A stretch of DNA of 62,527 nt, the filler included, from Basidioascus undulatus (lineage: Eukaryota), in the NCBI GenBank assembly GCA_000826855.1. It is 18 parts of 18 records of this genome, joined end to end, with 100 filler letters (N's around TTAATTAATTAA, not from the genome) between each part and the next. Parts side by side here need not be neighbours in the genome. Positions count along the whole stretch, not along the records: positions 2,353 to 25,151 come from JTLS01000285.1; positions 25,252 to 27,497 come from JTLS01002849.1; positions 27,598 to 29,843 come from JTLS01002850.1; positions 29,944 to 32,188 come from JTLS01002851.1; positions 32,289 to 34,530 come from JTLS01002852.1; positions 34,631 to 36,870 come from JTLS01002853.1; 12 more parts are not named here. One strand, 5' to 3'. Below are positions 21,921-34,711 of this stretch, in pieces. The position numbers and the translations under genes were made by a program. The notes beneath the pieces are model-generated. The model did no database searches. It was not told the origin of the DNA and was given only the letters and a program-made list of their open reading frames with translations. How positions within the stretch are numbered: position 1 is the first letter of the stretch; every line of letters starts with the position of its first letter.

Positions 21921-23017
21921 ACCATGAGTCTTACACGTCGTACAGCTTTGGATGGCGGCATCCGGGTATGAACGAATGTGTCTTTCGCATCCCTCGAGTA
22001 GGTACTTCATGCTCCCCCAGGCTCGGTGCTCTTTCTATTCTTTCGAAGGGCTGGTACTCCACTCCTTCATGGTCCCAAGTCCTCAACGGAGATACAGCTC
22101 ATACGAGCTAGAGCTACATACCGCGTTGCCTTGAGTGGACACCCCCGTGTGCGCGTCCCGGGAACCTGCTAGTAGAGGACGCTGGAGAGGCGGGTATGAG
22201 AGGCAAAGCGGACTTTTTTAAAGCCCGAAAATGGACATCGAGGGGATGTAAGGTCAAGGTCTGAGCTCTTGAGGCCGATGTGCCGCCTGACGACGCTGGC
22301 AAGTCGAGGCAGTGCCGGGCACCCACTGCTAAGCCTGGCCTTTGGATACATTTAGAACACTCTATTTACAAGAGGAAATTCCGAATATCTCTTGGAGATG
22401 AAAGTACCAAATCGTTTATCGCAGTGAACGCCTTCGGGCGTGGGAGGCTGTGCACTGCGAAGCACAAACAATCCTTTGACTATGGACGCTGCTTAAAGGC
22501 GAATGAGACAAGCAGATTTAGACGGAGAAGGAGGATCATTAAAAAATTTGAGTGGCGGTGCTTGCGCGGCGCATCGCGTTCCGTCTGCGGATTTCTGCGT
22601 GGTTCAGCTTCTGCTGCACCACATACTGAGGGAACATGGGTATTGCAAGTCATTTTAATTTTTGGGGGGTGACCGCACTGACTACTCCATGGCAAGGATT
22701 GACGGCGCTGCCGACCGGTCGTTGCCGAGTCGTGGCAGCATGCAGACGTCCGCAAAGAGGGGGGATTCACGCCCGGCGGAACGCTCAAAAGTATCCGTGT
22801 AAGCTAATGAACATACTTGCTGCGAGTGGACGGACACCCGTTCTGTGGTTGCGCCGCAAGCGGTAAGTTATGTACGGGCGACACACATCCTTCCGTTCGC
22901 GAGCGAGGCGGGGGAAGATCAAACAAACAAGCACCAGATAAACAAAAACCAATAGATCCACGAAGCGTCCCCTCCTGAACCCTTTGCGCCATGGGGGCAA
23001 GATCAGCCGGACCTGCG

Positions 23018-24105
23018 CTACGCGTCCTTGTCCTTCTGCGCCTGCACGTCCTCGACCACCCACCCTTCCTCCTTCTCCTTCTTCTCCCCCTCCTTTTCTC
23101 CTTCTCCTTCTCCTTCTCCTCCTCCTCCTCCTTCCCTCTCCCTTCGTCTCCCCCTTCCCCGCACCCGCCGCCTTCCTCTCCCCCTCTCCAACCCCCGCAA
23201 AAACATGACCACCACAAGCGCCGCGAACCCTCAAAACGGCAAGTAATCCAGCTCGACCTTGGTCGCGTCTGGTTCTGCGTGCTCGGCGGGGGAGGGGGGC
23301 AGGTGCACGTGACTTCTGGGCAGGCCGCCGACGCGGGGGGGCGGAAGACGGGCGGTGCTGGCGAGGGGGTGTGGGTGTGGTGGGAGTGGGGATGTGGGTA
23401 AGAGGAGAGAGGGAGAGGGACGGCGAAGATGGGGTTGTTGTTTAGGGAATTGAAGTTGTCTGATGCGGTGAGGCCGAATTTGGGGAAAGCAGAGTCAGCT
23501 GTGGAGGGGGGGGGAGAGGGGGGAAGGAAGGAAAGAAGGCGCACTCGTTGACCTTGCACACCCTCACGTCCGCCCCGCCGCTGCGAAGCCACACGGCAGC
23601 TCATACATGCTCTTCTTCGGGTTCCAGTTCCCTTTCGAGAACGCACTGTCCCCCCACCGCCCACGCCCTCCTTGCATCAGCCCGGCATACTCAATCGACC
23701 ACAAGAGGCTGGGGAGAGGGGGCACCACACTAAACATTGAACTCCGCCTCCCTCGCCTTGAGCGTCGCGATCTTCGGCGGGCAGACATGGTCTAGGGCGA
23801 GGGATGCCCGCCCACCTCGGAGGAGAAGGAGAGGCGGTAGGCGTATGGGGTGGGGGGAGGCTCAGATCTGCGCAATCAATCCAAGCGAATGTGAGAATCG
23901 ACTTGGGCGAGGATGGTACTGGGGTAAGGCGGGGCGTTTACCGGATGTGGATCACTACGTTCGCACCGCCTAGTTTTAGGCCGTAGCTTTGGGAGAGGTC
24001 GAGCGCGTCCCATGTAAGCGCTGACGCAGACGAGGAGTCTTCGGCGCTGACGAGCGCGAGGAGCGCAAAGAGCAGCAGCGATAAGCCGGTGGTATGCCCA
24101 AGCAT
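23018..24105 (-). pseudogene. Signal-peptide-bearing gene, apparently disrupted
   Basis: Clear signal peptide MLGHTTGLSLLLFALLALVSA|ED, followed by a GT-AG intron. The second exon hits TAG, and the coding-like sequence switches frames. Confidence 0.35.
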
Positions 24106-24800
24106 TGCGCGACGGTGGGCACAGCGAGAGTGCGAAGGGAGAGGGAAAGTTCGATCGATTGAGAATGAGAAGAGGCAAGGCGCCTGGAGGCACGTTAGTT
24201 TGGAGGTGCGGATGAAGATGATCGTTGGGAGACAGGATAGTGAGAGCCAGAGCGCAAGGCCGCATGGAACTGTCTCTGCGAGGGGCTCGTACTGTAGTAT
24301 ACGCAGGTGCACAGCATCCTCAACTATCAGCACTTTCAAGTTTTCTCCTCTCCTAAACCGGCAACTTCAAGCTGACACTCTGGAAAAAAAAACCCCTCCC
24401 CAGAAAGACGTTCAATACGAGTTGGTTGGCCCGAACAGACCCTACATGAAGATGCCTCAGGCTGGCGATCGCGACATCGCCTATGAAGCTACTTCGTAAC
24501 CCAACCTCTCAACCTCTGGAGTCGAGGCTCGCTCCGAGGAAAGCAAGCAGACCTCTTCCCGGTCCTGCTTTTTACACGACGGCCAAGGAACACGATGCTT
24601 GCACAACCCCGAGCGACGCGTCTCGCGAGCGCCGAACGTGAATTGTGCAGCGAATGCAGGACTTTCGGGAAGCCTGCCTCTGCTTCTCTCGCTCCCTCCT
24701 TCCGCACGCACGGCGGCGCATTGCCAGCTTGTCAAATCATGCCGACTCGTAACCCGCGCGCTCGAGCGATACAGCGTGCAAAGCGTCGCCGCCTCCCCCT

Positions 24801-25151
24801 CTACAGTCTAATCACCCCGTCCCTCCCCGCACTAAGCACCTTCGCGCCCTCCCTATCCCTCTCCCCAATCCCTTCCCCCTCCAAATCCTCCTCCTCATCC
24901 CCGACCCCAAAAAGCACCTCTTCGTCCTCTCCCGCCGCGCCCCACCGCACCCCATCGCCCGTCCCGAACCCCGCGCGCCGCCGCCTGGGAAGACAGGGGA
25001 GGGAGGAGAGGGTGGGAAGGCGGTGGAGAGAATCGCGGAGGGACAGGTAGTGCGGGATTTGAGCTGCGCCGCGGAGGTGCAGGACCCGGCGGTTGTATAG
25101 CGTTAGGGAAGCGAAGTAGGCGAGGAGGGCGAGGAGGGCGCTGTGTGTGGG
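24801..25151 (-). CDS. C-terminus of a mannose-6-phosphate-receptor-like vacuolar sorting receptor (Mrl1/Atg27-type), partial
   Basis: The in-frame read ALLALLAYFASLTLYNRRVLHLRGAAQIPHY (TM plus YN.....RG..QIP motif) is followed by an acidic tail ending DGVIRL-TAG. The gene is truncated at the contig end. Confidence 0.65.
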   Translation of the reverse strand, partial: PTHSALLALLAYFASLTLYNRRVLHLRGAAQIPHYLSLRDSLHRLPTLSSLPCLPRRRRAGFGTGDGVRWGAAGEDEEVLFGVGDEEEDLEGEGIGERDREGAKVLSAGRDGVIRL

Positions 25152-26249
25152 NNNNNNNNNNNNNNNNNNNNNNNNNNNNNNNNNNNNNNNNNNNNTTAAT
25201 TAATTAANNNNNNNNNNNNNNNNNNNNNNNNNNNNNNNNNNNNNNNNNNNNCTTCCCCTCACCCTCCATCGTGCATGTACCCCCTTCGCTCCCGCTCACT
25301 TCCACGCCCACGCTTCCCTATGGTCCAACTCGTTTGTATGCGCTGATCCTTCTGCTCGTGTGTGAGTGAGCGTGAGCGTGTGTCGCATTGAGCGAGTTTG
25401 GGCAGCGGAAGCAGGCGCTTTGTTCAGTTGTGAGGTGCGAGTGCGGTGCATGCTGATGGTGGACTGTTCACATCAGCTGGTGACGCTGGGCGGTAACGTG
25501 CGCATTCAGCATTGACTCGGCGTGTCTGCATCTGCGTCTACGGTGCGCGTCACCTAGTCCCAACAAGTTGACCCACCCTCACGCCAAGCCTTGCTCCTCT
25601 TTATTTCGCATAGCCATTGTCCAATAAGTCTCGGGGGATTGATCTAAACATGTAGAAGAAGGGTTCTCCAAGGTTTAGCCAGAAAACAAATATTGGTGGA
25701 GTTGAAAGTCGGGTACCGCGATGAAATGGCCGTACTAGGGATTTGAATCAGGTGAGCGTGCATAACTTTCGACCCCTGCTACGGCCTCAATATCCAATTT
25801 CAGGCAATCGACTTTGGCGGCCCAAATTGGCCACTCAGAAGCAGTTGCTGGGACTAGGTGACGCGCACCATCCGTATCTCGGGCCTTGATTGGGATCGAG
25901 CGTTAGGGCAGTCGATCGCAAGTCGATGGCAGTGTCGAGTCTTGCGAATCCTCACCCGGGTGCCGGATGTTTTACAAGACCTGTCTGGCAGAACTGTGTG
26001 GTCTACATGTTTTGATAACGACATTCGTTCCCAACGGAAAGAGGCTCTAGAGTGAAGGCACTTGGGAAGCTCATCGCGATCCCCGTCCAGTGCGGGAATG
26101 CACCGAGACGTCGTTGTGAGGCTGGTCCCGCTCTTGCCCTTCGTCCATCATCACGCGAGCAATGCCCGACGCCCGCAAACTCTCGCCTCACTTCTCCGTG
26201 GCATCATGCCCGTTCCATGGCTATACTCGAAGCTACTCCAGCGCTCACC

Positions 26250-27497
26250 ATGTCTGGTCCCATCATCACTGTGCCAAACGAGCTGCTCCTTCACATCCTC
26301 GAGCTTCCTACCGCGGGCGCGCCAGCGGCGGACAAACTCCAGTATCTGCTAGTCTACAACAGTGGACGGTAAATTATTCAACTTTTGGAACTTTCGAGGC
26401 ACTAGGAAGTCTGATGGTGCTCATCTCGAGCCTATCGCCCTCCCACTGCTCTACCGTTTATTGACCTGCGCTCGACGGCTACCTGCTCCCAGCTGAATCA
26501 GTCACTGCGCACCCTGGGTCCTTCTCTCTTCGATGATACGTTCGATCGAAATACCTATCAACGGGCCTACACGCTTGCCCGACGCACTCTACAAAACTAT
26601 GCTGGAGCATGTGGCCTTGTTGGATTTCGGTCCCCACTCCGTGCCGTTGGACGGGGCCCTCAGGCACACTGCGTTCCGTTCCAAAACTCTCGCGTCTATC
26701 CATCTGTGACAAGGTACTTGGGAGGCTGATGACGCTCATTTCCAGCCTGTTGCGTTGCCGCTGCTCCATCACTCCATCGACATTGGCTCCACGGCAAGCT
26801 GCTCCAAGCTGATCCAGTCGCTGCACCTCGAACGCATCTCGGGGCGTTCCCCCTCTTTGATGGTTCGATAGATAATCATCCTCGTAAACGAGTTCCAAGA
26901 CGTACTGGGCCCACTTTTTGCGCCGTTTGGCTCGATGCCTATGCTGGAGCAACTCGGCACGAACGTTTGTGCATGCCCTTTGACGATGCCGTCAAGCATA
27001 CTCCATTTCCATTCGAGGGCTCATTCACTTCACTCTCCGAGGTCTACTTCACCGAGCCTCTGTCCGTCGTCCAGTTTCTCAATGCTTTCTCGCGCTTGAC
27101 CGATCTCCCAAGTCGCTTTCGCTCTCGAAGGGGGCCTGCCCGCCACCGATCCTGACGCGCTTTGCTTGCCGTATCTACGAGATTTGCTTTGCATACAATA
27201 AATGCTGAGGCGTGGGTCGCTTTGAGCGAGGTGCTGGGCCGCGTGACGCTTCCCTTGATGACCAAATTCACTCTCTTCGCTTCGAAGCCAATATCACCCG
27301 TGGCTGGAATCTTTGAGCATAGATTAAGCATCTCGGGCTTGTAACTCCACTGCAGGGGTTGGTGACGGCTGAAGATTTCTCTCCGAAACTCGAATCTCTC
27401 CTTGTTAACCACTCGCGCCGTTCGGCGAGCGGGTTCGACTCACGGGTGCACAACGTTTCGCATCTCGCCCCAGATCCAGCGTTTCTCGCCGCGCGAC
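26250..27497 (+). pseudogene. Degenerate F-box/LRR-like gene
   Basis: N-terminal MSGPIITVPNELLLHILEL F-box-like motif. Leucine-rich fragments (VPKLSRLSIC, FTSLSEVYF, LESLLVN) lie in different frames with stops. Confidence 0.4.
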
Positions 27498-27597
27498 NNN
27501 NNNNNNNNNNNNNNNNNNNNNNNNNNNNNNNNNNNNNNNNNTTAATTAATTAANNNNNNNNNNNNNNNNNNNNNNNNNNNNNNNNNNNNNNNNNNNN

Positions 27598-28248
27598 CTT
27601 AAACAGTACCTGAATAGAAATGCCCTCCCCTCCTCGCGCTCCCCCTCCCTCTCTGCTTCCGAAAAGCCCACCCCCCGCCGCCAGCGCCGGCGCTCCCTCT
27701 ACGTCTCCCCAGTCCTCAGCACCGCCCTCGGCTTCGCCGCCTACCTCGCGGCCATCCTCGTCCTCGCGCTCGCTCCGCACTCCTGGCGCCCCAAAGCGAC
27801 CTTCGCGCTCATCCTCTCCCCCCCAGGGGCGATCCTGCGGTGGTGGCTTGCGCGCCTGAACACCAAGCCGCATCTCCAGCCATACGGCATCCCGACGGCC
27901 GGGACCTTCGCCGCCAACACCCTCGCGACCGCGCTCCTCGCGGCGTGCTACCTCCTCCAGCGCGTGCGGCCCGTCCACCCCTCCGCGGTAGGGTGCGACG
28001 CGCTCCAGGCGGTCGAGGACGGCTTCTGCGGGACGCTGTCGACTGTGTCGACGTTCGCGCTGGAGCTGTATGCGCTCGCGATGGAGGACAAGGACGAGGG
28101 GAATGATAAGGGGAGGTTTAGGGCGTGGGCGTATGCGGTGGGGAGCTATGCGGCGGGGCAGGCGCTGATGGTGCTCATCTTAGGCTCGGGCATGTGGACG
28201 CTGAGGGATAGAGGCGAGTGGGGGCCGAGGTGCTCGGCGGAGATGTGA
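27598..28248 (+). CDS. FEX1: Fluoride export channel FEX (CrcB/Fluc domain), 3' part
   Basis: SPPGAILRWWLARLN, GTFAANTLAT and DGFCGTLSTVSTFALE match CrcB signatures. Stop TGA at 28246-28248. Confidence 0.88.
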   Translation, partial: LKQYLNRNALPSSRSPSLSASEKPTPRRQRRRSLYVSPVLSTALGFAAYLAAILVLALAPHSWRPKATFALILSPPGAILRWWLARLNTKPHLQPYGIPTAGTFAANTLATALLAACYLLQRVRPVHPSAVGCDALQAVEDGFCGTLSTVSTFALELYALAMEDKDEGNDKGRFRAWAYAVGSYAAGQALMVLILGSGMWTLRDRGEWGPRCSAEM

Positions 28249-28378
28249 TTGTGTGTCAGGTAAGAGAAGCAGTGTGCCTTTATGCTTGTTTGGTGACCAC
28301 GGGACCAAGTTATATTTAAAGATCTAGTCAGGGTGCACAGTTCCGAACGCAAATGTAGACGCTGAAACTGAAGCACAA

Positions 28379-28464
28379 GGGCATATGGTGTAGTGGCTTA
28401 TCACGCCTTCTTAGCATCTTCATTTGCTTGGAGGAGGTCTCCGGTTCAATTCCGGATATGTCCA
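28379..28464 (+). tRNA. tRNA-Ala(AGC) with a 12-nt intron (28417-28428)
   Basis: Acceptor stem GGGCATA/TATGTCC with G3:U70, D arm TGGTGTAGTGG, anticodon arm CCTTC-TTAGCA..T-GGAGG, T loop GGTTCAATTCC and a downstream oligo-T terminator. Confidence 0.95.
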
Positions 28465-29121
28465 ATTGTTTTGTTTTTTGATCCCAACAACTACCACGCT
28501 TTCGCCTCCAAAGCGAGCAGTGAAGCAAGGCGAGCGAAGCTGCGTTGGACGCGCAGCTCATGTTTCCGGTACACACGGTGCGCAGGCGGTGGCAATACTT
28601 TTATACAACAATCAGAAACGTCTAGCTGAGTCTGTCTGCGAGAATATTGCGCTTGCGAAAAGGAGACGTATTGCGCGGTCTCTTCTCGCCGCAGTGCAGC
28701 GGGGCACAGAAGAAGACGCTCAAGCTGCGCTCATATGGCAACGATGCCCAACAGCGGCCATGTAGCGTGCGCGATTTAGTGCCCAAACTCCAGGCCTTCC
28801 GCTAGGTTTCTCGTTAGATGGTAGGCCAGCGGCTCTATCAGAGAGCGCAGTAGACTTTCCTCCGCAATGGTAAGCGTGTCCCACTCGCCGCGCGCCCTGA
28901 CGCTGCAAAAGTTGCAACCGCCCCTCCGGAGGCCTTCCAAACCGCTTTTCAGGAAGTCATTATACATTTGCTCCGCGAGCACGCCCAACCTGCCTCGCAA
29001 GCCGGGGTATATTCTAGCGATGCCCGCGTCTCGCAAGGTCCCATCCCCCATCCCAATTACCCTCCATCCATCCATCCTCCCCTCCTTGCCCCGCCAAGAT
29101 AGAGGAGAAAAGGGGGTGCGC

Positions 29122-29842
<721 letters not shown>

Positions 29843-30021
29843 ANNNNNNNNNNNNNNNNNNNNNNNNNNNNNNNNNNNNNNNNNNNNTTAATTAATTAAN
29901 NNNNNNNNNNNNNNNNNNNNNNNNNNNNNNNNNNNNNNNNNNNAACCCACCAAAAAAGCGTAAGCTTACTTCCCCAGCTAACAAGGTCCTGTGTAAACCC
30001 CCCCCCCCCCCCTCCTCCGCC

Positions 30022-32133
30022 ATGGCGTCGCACGACGAGCCGTATGTCGTCTCCGCGACCCCGACTGCGTACTCCACTTCCAGCCCGCCCTCCCCGATCT
30101 CCAACAAGCGCTTCGCAGCGAGCACCGCCGACGTGTCTGAGAAGGTCAAGGGCGCCGACAGCCCGTCCGAGGGCGCGGCGGAGGGCGTGAACGTCAAGGC
30201 TGCAGAGAAGGAGTTTGCCGAGCTCCGAAGGGAGCTGTCCCGCCAGAGCAGCTTGCACCGTATTGCGAGCAGACGCAGCTTGGACGTGGAGAAGCAAGAT
30301 GAGGACGAGTTTGATTTGCTGGAATGTGAGTTTGCTTCATCGCTGCGAGAGGAGGGCTGGCGAGGTGCACTGCAGCGCAGAATACTGACAGTCGACTTTC
30401 ACATGACAGACATGGTATGCACGTTTCTTCGCCATGCTGCGTTGTCTCTGCACAACCCTCTGACTTGCGGATTTTCTGTTGTAGCGTGGTGCGGACAAGG
30501 CCAACAGCGAGGCTGGCATCCGCCACAAGACCGCTGGTGTCATCTTCAACGTGCGGTCTCTGCTGCAGTCGCAAAGGAAAACGTTCGCGCTGACCCCTCT
30601 GCGCGTCCACAGGAGCTCTCTGTCATCGGCAACGGCGGGATGAAGATCCACATCCGTACCTTCCCCGGTTTGTCTGCTCATTCACTTTAGACTGGAACTC
30701 GTTGGTCGGAGGTCTGACGCGATCCCTCGGTCCCATAGACGCGATCAAGGAGTTCCTTCTCACGCCGCTCATCGTCCTCGGCCCGTACCTCGGCCTCTTT
30801 AAGCCCGAGCCAAAGACGATCCTCTCCCGCTTCAACGGCGTCGTTAAGCCCGGCGAGATGGTCCTCGTCCTTGGCCGCCCCAACTCGGGCTGTTCCACCT
30901 TCCTCAAGGCCATCGCGAACCAACGCGAGGGGTACCTCGCTGTGGAGGGGGACGTTTCGTACGCTGGTATTGAGGTGCGTTTGATTTTTCACGTTCTCCT
31001 TTCTATCTAAAGCGTTAGGGCTGAACAGGCTCTGTGTGTGCGCAGGCGACCGAGTTCAAGAAGCGCTTCGCCGGCGAGGCGTGCTACAACCAGGAAGGTT
31101 AGTCGCTCTCCCATTCCCTTCCCCCTCCATTCATCCCTCCTTCTCGTTCTTACCTTCCTTGCGTTGCAGAGGACGTACATCACCCCACGCTCACCGTCGG
31201 GCAGACCATCGACTTCGCCCTCTCGACCAAGACGCCCGGCAAGCGCCTCCCGCAGCAGTCGCCGAAGCAGTTCCGCGCCGTCGTGCTCGACACGCTCCTC
31301 AAGATGCTCAACATCTCCCACACCAAGAATACCATGGTTGGCAACGAGTTCGTGCGCGGCGTGTCGGGCGGTGAGCGGAAGGTGTGTGCGCGCATGAGTC
31401 CGGGAGCCCAGGGAAGTGGGGAGCGGTTCTGATGTCTTAGGGTGGGGGACCAGCGTGTCTCGATCGCGGAGATGTTTGCGGGGCGCGCGTGCGTCGCGAG
31501 TTGGGACAACTCGACGCGCGGTCTGGTGGGTTTTTCTTTGAGGCTCGTTTGCTCTTCAGAATGATTGCGTCTGACATCTGCCTCGACAGGACGCATCGAC
31601 TGCGCTCGACTACGCCAAGTCGCTCCGCATTCTCACGGACGTCTTCCAGATGACCAACTGTGCGCTCCTATCTTCCGTTCAATCTACAGCGCATGATGTA
31701 CTGACACGGTCGACATCCAACAGTCGTCTCTCTGTACCAGGCCGGCGAGGGTATCTACCAGCAGTGCGTCTTCCCTCCTTCCCTCCCACCTCCCATCACC
31801 TTCCCCCCTGACACCCCCTCTCTCAGGTTCGACAAAGTCCTCGTCATCGACGAAGGGCGCGAGATCTTCTTCGGCCCCGCATCCGAAGCGCGCTCCTATT
31901 TCCTCGGCCTCGGCTTCCGCGACCTCTCGCGGCAGACGACAGCGGATTACCTCACGGGATGCACGGACCCGAACGAGCGCCAGTTCGCCGACGGCCGCGA
32001 CGAGAGCAACGTCCCCTCCAGCCCTGAGGCGCTCGAGGCCGCTTTCCGCGCGAGCCCGTACTTCTCAAAGATGGAGAAGGAGCGTGCGGAGTACGCGAAG
32101 CAGCTGGAGAGCGAGAAGAACATCCAGGAGGAG
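30022..32133 (+). CDS. Pleiotropic drug resistance (ABCG/PDR, Snq2/Afr1-like) ABC transporter, 5' part
   Basis: PDR-type NBD1: [83 protein letters not shown] and [10 protein letters not shown]. Confidence 0.95.
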
Positions 32134-32288
32134 TACGTGCTTTCCCTTTCCCTCTATTTCCCCCTTCCTTTTTTTTCTTTTTTTTTTTNNNNNNNNNNNN
32201 NNNNNNNNNNNNNNNNNNNNNNNNNNNNNNNNTTAATTAATTAANNNNNNNNNNNNNNNNNNNNNNNNNNNNNNNNNNNNNNNNNNNN

Positions 32289-32459
32289 GTTCGGGGAGGC
32301 AGACGCGGGCGCCCAGGAAGAGGGGAGAAAGAGGATCGCGAGGATCGCGAGGAAGGAGAGGGTGATGAGCATGAGGATTCGAGGGGGTGGCTTGAGGGAG
32401 TACGCCTCAAAGAGGATGTCAGAAAGGATTTCGTTGGGGAAGTCAAGGATATAAGGCAA
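32289..32459 (-). pseudogene. F-box-like N-terminal fragment without an ATG
   Basis: PYILDFPNEILSDILFEAY resembles an F-box start. The first codon is TTG. The fragment is truncated by the contig end. Confidence 0.25.
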
Positions 32460-34287
32460 ATCGTTCGAAATGAGTTTGTTAGGGATTCTGGGTGGTGAAG
32501 AGGAATAAGGTGGTGGTAAGAAGCGAAAAGAGGGCGGCCCGGAGGAACAACCACCTCCTCAGCCTGCCTCGGCGCGGGCCACACAACATTCCCGAGCCCG
32601 CCGCGGAACCCGATATACCTGAGCTGCCTCCAATTCTTTTCAAACTGATTTTCCGTGTAATTTGGTAATGACGCTTGGACAGTTTTGTGCTAGCAACTCA
32701 TTGAAACCGGCTGCACCCTGTCGGTGAACACCGCGGCGTGCACTCACGCCATACCAATTCTTTGTTCAAAGACCTTTGCCTATTTTCTTTTTTGTCGAAA
32801 AATACTGCTTGTCTTCGTGTTTGCTATAAAAAGCCTGTTTAAGGTTGAACGAAGGGCGTATTGAAGTAACCAATGTCCACAAGGGTACAGCTGCCGGTGT
32901 CCGCGCAGGCCAATCAATCAATCCATACGACTCTTCACCAACACGAGAAACTCCCTTGTCATTTCATTGGACACTCCGCACTTTTCGATCTAGTTTACCA
33001 CATCTCTGTGAGAGACAGAACTAAGAGCACCGTGAGTAAGCTCACGATCTGGGCGTAAAGCTCTAGTAATCTTTTCAGTATTCCAAGGACCGGATTAGAT
33101 TAAAAATACCACCTGTGAACAGAAGGAAGAATAGAATAAATCCTTGAAAATATTCAGATTTATTCTATTCTGTACCACAGCAGCAGAAACACGCTGGCAA
33201 ACAAGGCCAGTGTTGATCTTGCAGGCACTTCTATCAGTGCTCTTATTTCCCCCTCAGAGATGCTGAACCTCATGTACAGGCGGATGGGATGATTTTTTGG
33301 CATCTGTCTGTCAATGAGACATGACAGCTGTTGTCGCAAAGGTCTGGGCGGGCCACGTCTTTGCTGGCCCAGACTAGGGAGTGAGTGGTCAAATTGTGCA
33401 GTCCCCACACGCGCACGCGATATTCAGGATTTACTGACGCCAGTGTATCATGATATGAATTTATGGGGGCAGTCGAAAGGACGCCGTACTACCCCTGGGG
33501 CGCAACTGGCAGGAGCTGGATCGGTCCGAGCTATTGGGCGCTGGCGTTTGGGTTCGCTGCAGAAGCAGCGGCGTACTTGGAGGTCGTATGCTTCTGGCGA
33601 GTTTCCTTGCGCCATAATAAGGGCAGTTGAGCGGGATCGCTGAATTAAGGGTTGGGATAAGGCTTTACTTCATACGCGCCTCAGCGAATACAACTGTTGG
33701 AACGTACAAGAACAGCATCGAGTTTGTCATGCACGTCGTGGTCATGAAGGTGCACTTGAACCATGCAGCCGAAGACGTATTTACACCGCAACGCAGGTTG
33801 GAAGGAAGCTCGGTAGTGTCTTTGGTAGCGCTTTTGGTAGCTATTGGTCTCAGTCCGGATCCGCTGAAGTTGCGTACGCTCGACATCACTCTCCAAGGAG
33901 GGTATATTGCTCATCTCTCTCCACAGGCTGAAGCTGCCACCTGTACCTCTCGTTCCTACGATTCATCCGTAGCTAATACTTACCCGCCATCATGGGGCTT
34001 CTTTCACGCCCGATCGACAGACTTGACCGGCTGCATCCTTGCGTACATACACGGACACTCCATTTGGATCTCAGAGAAGCGCTGATTGTGTTATGTAGTC
34101 TCAGAAGATCTTGCCGACGTGTCCGTGCTGTACCGCTTTCCGATCTTCATATAGCGCGTACGCCTGGCCGGCGCCATGTCCGAGTTGCTCGTTCGCCTGC
34201 GAGGGATCACAGACCTGCAACGTACACAAGTGAGGACACTGAGCCGTATTCACGAGGAGCTTGAAACTTTTTTTTTTTGGACAAGCA

Positions 34288-34420
34288 GTTGCGAGAGCGG
34301 TGTTTTCAACGTGCGGGATCGTGTTGCCGGTGCGTCTGCTGTGGAGCTTTATCGCGCAGGCTTCATGGCGGGCGCGAACGCCATTTTCACTGGCGAGCGG
34401 ATGCTGACGACGCCGACCAA
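34288..34420 (+). pseudogene. BIO2: Biotin synthase (BIO2/BioB) C-terminal remnant
   Basis: The exon at 34360-34420 encodes FMAGANAIFTGERMLTTPT (BioB motif CFMAGAN.IF.G..LLTT). Upstream STCGIVLP resembles ATARIVLP. The intervening RLAAGR segment and the radical-SAM CxxxCxxC were not found on the contig. Confidence 0.6.
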
Positions 34421-34711
34421 GTGTGTTTCCTCTTCGTTCTCCCATTCCTTCTTCCTCCCTCCTTCCTCCTTCTTCCTTCCTTGTCCCTCTGCTGACTCCT
34501 ACCTCATATCTCCCCCCCCCCCCCCCCCCCNNNNNNNNNNNNNNNNNNNNNNNNNNNNNNNNNNNNNNNNNNNNTTAATTAATTAANNNNNNNNNNNNNN
34601 NNNNNNNNNNNNNNNNNNNNNNNNNNNNNNGGGCATGTACGCGCACTGTCTTGTACACGCTGCACCGGCTAACCCTATCCTTCGCCCATCCCCCCCCCCC
34701 TCCAACCCGTC

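Noticed and set aside
24497..24507. TAACCCAACCT, complementary to the telomeric AGGTTGGGTTA, as a telomerase RNA template candidate
   Set aside because: An 11-nt match to any phase of the repeat on either strand is plausible by chance in 62 kb. No supporting structure could be seen. It is worth revisiting only if transcribed and conserved.
24739..25050. Plus-strand ORF MPTRNPRARAIQRAKRRR
   Set aside because: It is antisense to the better-supported M6P-receptor-like C-terminus.
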